Source: Escherichia coli (GTDB lineage: Bacteria > Pseudomonadota > Gammaproteobacteria > Enterobacterales > Enterobacteriaceae). Taken from it: a stretch of 64,000 nucleotides of DNA. Position 1 is the first letter of the stretch. Each line of letters opens with the position of its first letter. The stretch lies in assembly GCF_022846255.1 (NCBI RefSeq), contig NZ_AP025682.1; one strand, given 5' to 3'. Positions 55,645 through 64,000 of this stretch are shown in pieces. The position numbers were made by a program, and so were the translations under genes. The notes beneath the pieces are model-generated. The model was not told the DNA's origin. It saw only the letters and a program-made list of their open reading frames with translations, and made no database searches.

Positions 55645-57519
55645 TCAGGAAACCAGCAGCTGGTTCATACGACGAATAAACAGGTTCGGATCTTCCAGCG
55701 TACCGCGTTCTGCCAGCAGCGCCTGATCCAGCAGCAGTTCTACCCACTCGCTGAACTTCGCTTCATCTTCAGTATCCGCCGCACGTTTCACCAGTACGTG
55801 ATCCGGGTTCAGTTCGAAGATGTATTTCACTTCTGGCACTTTCTGGCCCGCCGCAGCGAACAGTTTCGCCATCTGAGTGCTCATTTCGTCCGCGTCGGTC
55901 GAAACGATCGCTGGCGTATCGGTCAGACGGTGAGTCAGACGGACATCTTTCACGCGCTCGCCGAGCAGGGCTTTCACACGGTCGATGAACGGAGTCAGTG
56001 CTTTCTCCGCTTCTTTCGCGCTCTCATCAACTTCGTCAGCCAGTTTTTCCAGCGACTCGTCAACTTTAGACACAGACTGGAACGGTTTACCGTCGAACTC
56101 AGTCAGATAGTTCATCATCCACTCATCGATGCGGTCGGAAAGCAGCAGAACTTCGATGCCTTTCTTACGCAGCAGTTCCAGGTGCGGGCTGCTCTTCGCT
56201 GCCGCGTAACTGTCTGCGGTGATATAGTAGATTTTCTCCTGCCCTTCTTTCATGCGGGAAACGTAGTCTTCCAGAGACACGGTCTGCGCAGAAGAATCGG
56301 TATGGGTAGAAGCAAAACGCAGCAGTTTGGCGATCGCTTCCTGGTTAGCGAAATCTTCCGCCGGACCTTCTTTCAGTACCAGGCCAAACTGTTGCCAGAA
56401 GGTCTGGTATTTTTCCGCGTCGTCTTTCGCCAGTTTTTCCAGCATTTGCAGCACACGCTTGGTCAGCGCATTGCGCAGGTTACGCGTTACCGTGCTGTCC
56501 TGGAGGATTTCACGGGAAACGTTCAGCGGCAGATCGCTGGAGTCAATCAGACCACGCACGAAGCGCAGATAGTTCGGCATGAACTGTTCTGCGTCGTCCA
56601 TGATGAACACACGCTGAACATACAGTTTCAGGCCGTGTTTATGATCGCGGTTCCACATATCCCACGGAGCCTGGGACGGGATGTACAGCAGGCTGGTGTA
56701 CTCCTGCTTACCTTCAACGCGGTTGTGGCTCCAGGTCAGCGGATCGTTAAAGTCGTGGGCGATGTGTTTGTAGAACTCTTTGTACTCTTCATCGGTGATT
56801 TCCGACTTGTTACGAGTCCATAGCGCCTGCGCTTTGTTGATTTTCTCCCAGGAGATAACGGTTTCGCCGTCTTTCTCTTCGCGTTTTTCGATCTCTACCG
56901 GCAGCGCGATATGGTCGGAGTATTTGCTGATGATGGAACGCACGCGCCAGTCATCGAGGAACTCGTCTTCGCCTTCACGCAGATGCAGGGTGATTTCAGT
57001 ACCACGATCTTCTTTGGTGATGTCGGCAACGGTGTATTCACCTTCACCAGCCGATTCCCAGAAAACACCGTTTTCTGGTTTTTCGCCTGCCGCGCGAGTA
57101 CGCACGGTCACTTTGTCGGCCACGATAAACGCAGAGTAGAAACCAACACCAAACTGACCGATCAGCTGGCTGTCTTTCGCCTGGTCAGAACCCAGGGATT
57201 CGAGGAATGATTTGGTGCCGGATTTAGCGATAGTCCCCAGATGGTCAATCACTTCGTCGCGGGTCATCCCCACGCCGTTATCGGAGATGGTCAGCGTGCG
57301 CTTGTCTTTATCGAAAGAGACACGAACGCGTAGTTCACCATCACCTTCGTACAGGTCCGGGTTAGAGAGCGCGCGGAAACGCAGCTTGTCCGCCGCATCG
57401 GAGGCGTTAGAGATAAGCTCACGCAGGAAGATTTCTTTATTGGAATAGAGAGAATGGATCATCAGGTGCAGAAGCTGCTTCACTTCTGACTGAAAACCAC
57501 GAGTTTCTTGTCCTTTCAT
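55645..57519 (-). CDS. htpG: Hsp90-family chaperone HtpG
   Basis: 624 aa with GHKL ATPase N-domain. Confidence 0.97.
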   Translation of the reverse strand: MKGQETRGFQSEVKQLLHLMIHSLYSNKEIFLRELISNASDAADKLRFRALSNPDLYEGDGELRVRVSFDKDKRTLTISDNGVGMTRDEVIDHLGTIAKSGTKSFLESLGSDQAKDSQLIGQFGVGFYSAFIVADKVTVRTRAAGEKPENGVFWESAGEGEYTVADITKEDRGTEITLHLREGEDEFLDDWRVRSIISKYSDHIALPVEIEKREEKDGETVISWEKINKAQALWTRNKSEITDEEYKEFYKHIAHDFNDPLTWSHNRVEGKQEYTSLLYIPSQAPWDMWNRDHKHGLKLYVQRVFIMDDAEQFMPNYLRFVRGLIDSSDLPLNVSREILQDSTVTRNLRNALTKRVLQMLEKLAKDDAEKYQTFWQQFGLVLKEGPAEDFANQEAIAKLLRFASTHTDSSAQTVSLEDYVSRMKEGQEKIYYITADSYAAAKSSPHLELLRKKGIEVLLLSDRIDEWMMNYLTEFDGKPFQSVSKVDESLEKLADEVDESAKEAEKALTPFIDRVKALLGERVKDVRLTHRLTDTPAIVSTDADEMSTQMAKLFAAAGQKVPEVKYIFELNPDHVLVKRAADTEDEAKFSEWVELLLDQALLAERGTLEDPNLFIRRMNQLLVS

Positions 57520-57570
57520 GTAGGTCTACCTCAATAATGCCATTTTAAGGTTAAAAACAGGATGAGGGAG

Positions 57571-57599
57571 AGATGGGGACAAGGGGGAATAATTTCAAG
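57571..57599 (-). promoter_or_regulatory. Sigma-32 heat-shock promoter of htpG
   Basis: Minus strand reads CTTGAAA-(13 nt)-CCCCATCT, matching the sigma-32 -35/-10 consensus upstream of htpG. Confidence 0.7.
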
Positions 57600-57628
57600 C
57601 GAGAGCAGGTGATCCTGCTCTCGTTTGC

Positions 57629-58233
57629 TTAAAAACGAATCTTATGACGCCCGGCAAGGGAGTGTGACAGCGTGGTGCCATCGACCATTTCCAGTTCGCC
57701 GCCAACCGGTACGCCATGAGCGATTCGGCTGGCTTCCACGTCATATTGCGCGCAAAGCTCGGCAATGTAGTTAGCGGTAGCTTCACCTTCAACCGTGGGG
57801 TTGGTGGCGAGGATCACTTCAGTGATTTTTTCCTCTGCCAGACGCTGTTCCAGACGATCAAGCCCGATATCATCCGGACCGATGCCGTCCAGCGGTGACA
57901 GGTGCCCCATCAACACAAAATAACGGCCTGAAAACTGCCCCGTCTGCTCAATGGCGTAGATGTCCGCCGGACTCTCCACCACGCAGATTTGACCGTTTTC
58001 CTGACGACGCGGATTCGAACAGATGTTACATACTTCCTGTTCGGTGAAAGTGCGGCAATCGGCGCAGTGGCCGATTTCCGACATCGCCCGGGTGAGCGCC
58101 TGCGCCAGACGCATCCCGCCGCTACGATCGCGCTGAAGCAGCGTGAACGCCATACGCTGCGCCGACTTCGGGCCAACGCCCGGCAGACAGCGCAGTGCTT
58201 CCATAAGCTGTGTTAACAGCGGGCTGGTTTGCA

Positions 58234-58234
<1 letters not shown>
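57629..58234 (-). CDS. recR: Recombination protein RecR
   Basis: 201 aa with C4 zinc finger CxxC...CxxC and Toprim domain. Confidence 0.95.
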
Positions 58235-58578
<344 letters not shown>

Positions 58579-58615
58579 TCACGTTAAGGATGACGAACGT
58601 AAGCTGTGCTTACGA

Positions 58616-60547
58616 TCAAATGGGGCGGATACTGTCTTCATCCAGCTCCGCATCGAAGAACCGACGCAGGGTCTGAATATTATTATCCGCAATAATGGAC
58701 TCGCGCGCCTGCGCAAGTTTTTCTTCGTATATCGCCTGACGCCATTCCAGCGGCGTACGCACCGCGGGATTATCATCTTCAACGATAGTCAGTTCAACCG
58801 TTGAACCTTTTAACGTGCTCAACGCTTCAGCCAGTTTTTGCTGTGCACCGCGGTTGTTCAAATGCCGCTGAGAGGAGCGCAAATGCAGACATACTGCGTT
58901 GTCGCTCTCCTCTTTCCAGGCATTTAACGCCACCTGTTCGACCAGTTTTGGTAGCGAAAGTTGACTCACCTGTGCCGCCCACGGGTCGCGCTCAATGGCT
59001 TCTGCCGCCAGCTTCGCCGCCAGTTCCGGCGTTTTTTCATGTTCCAGCGCTTTTTTCAGCGCCTTCGGCGTGGCGACCACTTCTTTTTGCTGCATCACTG
59101 GAGTGGTCGCCTTCCAGCGATACGCTTCTTTTTTAGCTGGCGCTTTTTCCAGCGCCGATGGCACCGGGCGCGCCTGAACACGATCGGTGACCGAAGCCAG
59201 TCTTTCCAGCGCAGCGTTATTCACCGGCCGCGCGCGGGTAGCGGCTGCCGGTTCACTCTTTTTTGCTTTGGTTGCTCCCTGCACGCGCTGCAACTGCTGG
59301 CGCGCCGCCAGCACCTGGCTGGTGGTTTCCGGGAGCGGTACAGTCGGTGCCTGCTGCGGCGCTGATTGCGGTTGCGGCGGCACCTGTGTTGGCGTCATTA
59401 CTGCCGTTGGCGCGACGGGCGCAAAGGACTGGCGTGGCACTTCTGGCTCAGGCAGCGGCATACGCGGATGGAACGCCAGCGCGCGAAGCAGCGTCATCTC
59501 AACGCCCATACGGCGGTCTGGCGCATACGGTAATTCTTTGCGACCAATCAACAGCGTCTGATAGTAAAGCTGAATATCCGTCGGCGGTATGGTGCGCGCC
59601 AGTTCACGCATCCGCAGCTCGATGGCAGCCATATCGTTGCCAAGTGCAGCAGGCGAAAGTTGTACCATCGCAATACGATGCAACAGACCGAGCATTTCCA
59701 CCAGCAACGCTTCCCACTCGATACCACGGGCAGCGGCTTCATTAATCAGCGCCATTACGCGCTCGCCGTTGGCCTCGACCATCGCTTCAACCAGCGACAG
59801 CGCCTGATCATCGTCAAGCGTACCCAGCATCGCACTGACCGCCTGGGTTGAAACCTGGCCGTCACCGCTGGCAATCGCCTGGTCGGTCAGACTTAAGGCA
59901 TCTCGCAGGCTGCCTTCAGCGGCGCGTGCCAACAATTGCAGCGCCCGCGGCTCGTGAGCGATATGTTCTTCGTTGAGGATGTGCTCAAGCTGATGGCGAA
60001 TTTGCTCGACATCCAGCGCCTTGAGATGAAATTGCAGACAGCGTGACAAAATCGTCACCGGCAATTTCTGCGGATCGGTCGTCGCCAGCAAAAACTTAAC
60101 GTGCTCTGGCGGCTCTTCAAGGGTTTTTAACAGTGCGTTAAAGCTGTGGCGCGACAGCATATGCACTTCGTCGATCAGATAAACTTTGAAACGACCACGC
60201 GCCGGAGCGTACTGGACGTTATCCAGCAGGTCGCGAGTGTCTTCAACTTTAGTGCGCGAGGCGGCGTCGATTTCAATCAGATCGACAAAGCGCCCCTGCT
60301 CGATTTCACGACAGTTATCGCACACGCCGCACGGCGTCGCGGTAATGCCGGTTTCGCAGTTTAGCCCCTTCGCCAGCAGTCGGGCGATAGAGGTTTTTCC
60401 GACGCCACGGGTACCGGAAAAAAGATAAGCATGATGAATACGCCCTAACGACAAGCCGTTCGCCAGTGCGGTCAGCACATGTTCCTGGCCGACGACGTCA
60501 GCAAAGGTTTGTGGGCGCCATTTTCGGGCTAAGACCTGATAACTCAT
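58616..60547 (-). CDS. dnaX: DNA polymerase III subunits tau and gamma
   Basis: MSYQVLARKWRPQTFADVVGQEHV... AAA+ clamp-loader subunit; ATG at 60545-60547. Confidence 0.95.
   Translation of the reverse strand: MSYQVLARKWRPQTFADVVGQEHVLTALANGLSLGRIHHAYLFSGTRGVGKTSIARLLAKGLNCETGITATPCGVCDNCREIEQGRFVDLIEIDAASRTKVEDTRDLLDNVQYAPARGRFKVYLIDEVHMLSRHSFNALLKTLEEPPEHVKFLLATTDPQKLPVTILSRCLQFHLKALDVEQIRHQLEHILNEEHIAHEPRALQLLARAAEGSLRDALSLTDQAIASGDGQVSTQAVSAMLGTLDDDQALSLVEAMVEANGERVMALINEAAARGIEWEALLVEMLGLLHRIAMVQLSPAALGNDMAAIELRMRELARTIPPTDIQLYYQTLLIGRKELPYAPDRRMGVEMTLLRALAFHPRMPLPEPEVPRQSFAPVAPTAVMTPTQVPPQPQSAPQQAPTVPLPETTSQVLAARQQLQRVQGATKAKKSEPAAATRARPVNNAALERLASVTDRVQARPVPSALEKAPAKKEAYRWKATTPVMQQKEVVATPKALKKALEHEKTPELAAKLAAEAIERDPWAAQVSQLSLPKLVEQVALNAWKEESDNAVCLHLRSSQRHLNNRGAQQKLAEALSTLKGSTVELTIVEDDNPAVRTPLEWRQAIYEEKLAQARESIIADNNIQTLRRFFDAELDEDSIRPI
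59224..59264 (-). promoter_or_regulatory. dnaX programmed -1 ribosomal frameshift site (slippery heptamer plus downstream stem-loop)
   Basis: mRNA-sense A AAA AAG (plus-strand cttttttg at 59258-59264) at about codon 428, followed in the mRNA by a GC-rich hairpin (59224-59250) and a -1 frame stop after KKE. Confidence 0.8.
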
Positions 60548-60675
60548 TGGCAGGCTCTGAAACACTGGAAGGTGGATTCACGAAGGGGTAATGCTAACAC
60601 AGCCCCGTCAGAACGGCGAGGCTGAATGCACATCTTGTGCTGTCCGTAGCGTGGGCAGCACAAGACTGGCGATAA

Positions 60676-61227
60676 TTAATGGCCCGGGAACGGAACAAGG
60701 CTGTAGCTGGTAATGCCCTGTTTTTCGAGACGCTGTTCGCCGCCGAGATCGAACAGGTTGATAATGAACGCAGCATCAGCCACTTCACCACCCAGACGAC
60801 GGATCAGTTTAACGGTCGCTTCGATAGTGCCGCCGGTTGCCAGCAGGTCGTCCACCACCAGAACTTTGTCGCCCGGTTTGATGGCATCAACGTGGATTTC
60901 CAGCTGATCGGTGCCGTATTCCAGGTCGTAAGTTTCACTGATGGTTTCACGCGGCAGTTTGCCCGGTTTACGGACCGGCACAAAGCCAACGCCCAGACCC
61001 AGAGCTACCGGAGCGCCAAACAAGAAGCCACGCGCTTCGGTGCCGACAACTTTGGTAATGCCCGCATTTTTGTAACGCTCAACCAGCAAGTCGATGCTGA
61101 GAGCGTAAGCTTTCGGGTCTTCCAGTAAGCTGGTGACATCGCGGAAAAGAATGCCGGGTTTTGGGTAGTCCTGAATGCTTTTGATGCTATTTTTGAGATA
61201 CTCAAGCTGCTGTGCAGTCGCGGTCAT
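60676..61227 (-). CDS. apt: Adenine phosphoribosyltransferase
   Basis: [32 protein letters not shown]...; ATG at 61225-61227. Confidence 0.95.
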
Positions 61228-61379
61228 AAGTGTATGCCTGCTTGTTACGGTGGTACTCACGGCGCGTTTTAAACGTATCAAAAGTAACAGTTGTTTAACC
61301 TTTGACCGCCTGCGCCTGTGCTCGAAAACGCCAGAATGTACTGGCTGTACGCAATAATTGCAACTGCGATTGTTGTGCT

Positions 61380-61757
61380 TCAGTGCTTTTCTTGCTTTTC
61401 ATCAATCACCGGAATTCGCCACATATAGAAAAGCAAACAGGCGAGAATTACCAGCAACATGATGCGCACCCATGGCATCTGGACGAACCACAGAGAAATG
61501 GCAAACGTGAGCAAAATAAGCAAAATCGCCCGCGGTTTGACGCCGCGCGGCATCGCATGATGTTTCTGCCAGAAACGTAGATAGCTGCCAAACCATGAGC
61601 GGTACAGCAACCAGGCATGAAAGCGCGGGGAAGAACGGGCAAAGCACCAGGCCGCCAGCAGGATAAACGGCGTCGTCGGTAATACCGGTAATACCACGCC
61701 CAGCGTACCCAGCACTACCGCCAGCCAGCCAATGATGATTAAAATGATTCGTTGCAT
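61380..61757 (-). CDS. ybaN: Inner membrane protein YbaN (DUF454)
   Basis: 125 aa hydrophobic ORF divergent from priC. Confidence 0.88.
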
Positions 61758-61826
61758 ATTGAGTGTTGTCAGCTTACAGAGTTGCTACTTTAGCATAACA
61801 ATTATCATTTTCATTGAGGTCTTATC

Positions 61827-62354
61827 GTGAAAACCGCCCTGCTGCTGGAAAAACTGGAAGGACAGCTCGCCACGCTGCGCCAGCGTTGTGCCCCGGTAGC
61901 GCAATTTGCCACGCTAAGTGCCCGCTTTGACAGGCACCTTTTTCAGACCCGTGCGACAACACTACAGGCTTGTCTCGATGAGGCGGGCGATAACCTAGCT
62001 GCGCTTCGTCATGCGGTTGAGCAACAGCAACTGCCGCAAGTCGCCTGGCTGGCAGAACATCTGGCGGCGCAACTGGAAGCCATCGCGCGTGAAGCCACAG
62101 CCTGGTCGCTACGCGAGTGGGACAGCGCGCCACCAAAAATTGCCCGCTGGCAGCGTAAACGTATTCAGCATCAGGATTTTGAGCGGCGGCTACGTGAGAT
62201 GGTAACCGAACGTCGAGCCCGCCTGGCGCGGGTGACCGATCTCGTGGAACAGCAAACGCTGCATCGTGAAGTGGAAGCCTATGAAGCGCGCCTGGCACGC
62301 TGCCGCCATGCGCTGGAAAAAATCGAAAACAGGTTAGCGCGTTTAACCCGCTAG
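61827..62354 (+). CDS. priC: Primosomal replication protein N'' (PriC)
   Basis: 175 aa Arg/Gln-rich basic protein at the conserved locus. Confidence 0.9.
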   Translation: MKTALLLEKLEGQLATLRQRCAPVAQFATLSARFDRHLFQTRATTLQACLDEAGDNLAALRHAVEQQQLPQVAWLAEHLAAQLEAIAREATAWSLREWDSAPPKIARWQRKRIQHQDFERRLREMVTERRARLARVTDLVEQQTLHREVEAYEARLARCRHALEKIENRLARLTR

Positions 62355-62367
62355 CAATGGAGAGAGT

Positions 62368-62529
62368 ATGTCACTGGAAAATGCCCCTGACGATGTCAAA
62401 CTGGCTGTCGATTTGATTGTGCTGCTGGAAGAAAATCAGATCCCAGCGCGCACCGTGCTGCGCGCGCTGGATATTGTAAAACGCGATTATGAAAAGAAAT
62501 TAACGCGCGATGATGAGGCGGAAAAGTGA
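62368..62529 (+). CDS. ybaM: Small protein YbaM (DUF2496), 53 aa
   Basis: ATG at 62368 with ggagag RBS gives [53 protein letters not shown]; below the ORF-track length cutoff. Confidence 0.75.
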   Translation: MSLENAPDDVKLAVDLIVLLEENQIPARTVLRALDIVKRDYEKKLTRDDEAEK

Positions 62530-62583
62530 AAAATAAATGGGGCCGCTAAATGTCCCCTAAGATTGCGGGCAAACGCAAAACTG

Positions 62584-62680
62584 CCTGATGCGCTACGCTT
62601 ATCAGGCCTACACCGCTCCTGCAATATATTGAATTCTTGCGGTTTCGTAGGCCGGATAAGGCGGTCACGCCGCATCCGGC
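62584..62680. repeat. REP element pair
   Basis: gcctgatgcgctacgcttatcaggcctac ... gtaggccggataaggcggtcacgccgcatccggc. Confidence 0.75.
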
Positions 62681-62740
62681 ATGAACAACGCGCACTTTGT
62701 CAGTAATCTCGGGGCAACTAAATGTCGCCCCCTTTGGTTA

Positions 62741-64000
62741 TTACCCAACCGCTGGTGTCGGATCGTCGCCTTTGTAGTCGCGTTTTACTTCCGTCACCTC
62801 ATCGCCCTTCTCGTTGTGCAGATGCACTTCAAGCTGGTTAAAGGCAATGTTGATGTCGTTTTCACGGCACAGCTGATCGATAGTACGGTTCAGCTCATCG
62901 ACAGTACGACTACGGTCACGCAGTTCACGCACATACAGACGCAGCTCATGATCCAACGTGCTGGCACCAAACGCCGTAAAGAAGACTTCCGGCATTGGTT
63001 CGTGCATCACCCTTGGGTGCTCAGTCGCCGCCTTCAGTAACACTTTACGCACTTTTTCCAGATCGGAGCCATAGGCCACGCCGAGACGGATCACCAGACG
63101 CGTAGTAGTGTCAGTCAACGACCAGTTGATTAGACGCTCGGTAACAAACGCTTTGTTCGGGATGATCACTTCTTTGCGATCGAAATCGGTAATCGTTGTC
63201 GCACGAATACGGATCTTACTTACCGTCCCCGAGAAGCTACCAATGGTTACCGTATCGCCAATGCGCACCGGACGTTCGAACAGAATGATCAAACCGGAGA
63301 CGAAGTTACCGAAAATTTCTTGTAAACCAAAACCAAGACCTACGGATAATGCTGCGGCCAGCCACTGGAGTTTATCCCAAGAGACGCCCAGCGATCCGAA
63401 CACCGTCATCGCACCAACGGCAATAATGATGTAGTTAAGGATGGTAGTAATGGCATACGACGCGCCCTGGCGCATATTCAGTCGCGAGAGCACCAGCACT
63501 TCCAGTAAACCAGGCAGGTTGCGAATCAACGCCCAGGCCACCATTGAGGCGATAATCGCAAACAACAGACTGCCCATGGTGACGTTTTTCACCACCGCAG
63601 CGCCAGCTTCAGTGCCGTTGTAATGCCAGAGCGTGATGCTGTCCAGATAGCTGAACACGGTGATCAAATCGGACCAAATTGCCCAGAACATGACACCGAA
63701 CAGCGCAAACATCAGCAACATGGTAATACGCAGCGTCTGCTGGTTAACCTGCTCCAGTGCAATGGTGGGTTCTTCCGGCGGTTCAGCACCTTCTGCGCCC
63801 TCTTTCACCAGATTCTGCCGACGCGCCAGCGCACGACGCCAGGCGATACGCCGCGCCGCTACGCTTAAGCCACGCAGTACTGTCTGGTACAGCAGGTTCC
63901 AGATGATCACCAAATAAACGGTTTCAATCCAACGCCCGGAGAGGCGCAGCGTGGTGTAGAAATAACCCGTGGCGGTCAGCACCATCAACGCAATCGGGAT
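62741..64000 (-). CDS. mscK: Mechanosensitive channel MscK (KefA), C-terminal part; 5' end beyond the window
   Basis: Translation contains the MscS-like channel domain; the frame continues open to the window edge. Confidence 0.9.
   Translation of the reverse strand: MPIALMVLTATGYFYTTLRLSGRWIETVYLVIIWNLLYQTVLRGLSVAARRIAWRRALARRQNLVKEGAEGAEPPEEPTIALEQVNQQTLRITMLLMFALFGVMFWAIWSDLITVFSYLDSITLWHYNGTEAGAAVVKNVTMGSLLFAIIASMVAWALIRNLPGLLEVLVLSRLNMRQGASYAITTILNYIIIAVGAMTVFGSLGVSWDKLQWLAAALSVGLGFGLQEIFGNFVSGLIILFERPVRIGDTVTIGSFSGTVSKIRIRATTITDFDRKEVIIPNKAFVTERLINWSLTDTTTRLVIRLGVAYGSDLEKVRKVLLKAATEHPRVMHEPMPEVFFTAFGASTLDHELRLYVRELRDRSRTVDELNRTIDQLCRENDINIAFNQLEVHLHNEKGDEVTEVKRDYKGDDPTPAVG

Noticed and set aside
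55618-56823. 401-aa ORF on the plus strand
   Set aside because: Antisense to htpG, with no RBS and a composition that mirrors the htpG codons.

Overview
This window is a contiguous Escherichia coli chromosomal segment, read in reverse orientation relative to K-12, running from folD (5' end cut by the window edge) to mscK (5' end beyond the window). Gene identities were assigned by reading the ORF-track translations against remembered E. coli proteins; no database search was run. Nearly all long ORFs are recognisable core genes: folD-ybcJ, ybcI, cysS, ppiB, lpxH, purEK, the complete allantoin/glyoxylate regulon (ybcF-ylbF-ylbE-fdrA, allDCE, glxK-ybbY-allB-ybbW-glxR-hyi-gcl, allR, allA, allS), selU, ybbP/ybbA, tesA, ybbO, cnoX, fetAB, qmcA-ybbJ, cueR, ybaT, glsA, copA, ybaP, the ChiX sRNA, ybaK, ushA, fsr, ybaL, gsk, aes, hemH, adk, htpG, recR, ybaB, dnaX, apt, ybaN, priC and ybaM. 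Six REP/BIME clusters, several rho-independent terminators and known operators (AllR, CueR, PurR, sigma-32) are visible. The main candidate for something new is a roughly 2.5 kb AT-rich islet (36.2-38.75 kb) inserted between the convergent ybbJ and cueR genes, which I recall as adjacent in K-12. It encodes a short head-less YadA-type trimeric autotransporter, a translationally coupled lipoprotein plus a 67-aa membrane protein, and a divergent 120-aa possible HTH protein. Two further differences from K-12 as I recall it are that no ybaQ ORF lies between copA and ybaP (a GC-rich palindrome-dense element sits there instead) and that no rhsD element lies between selU and ybbP.
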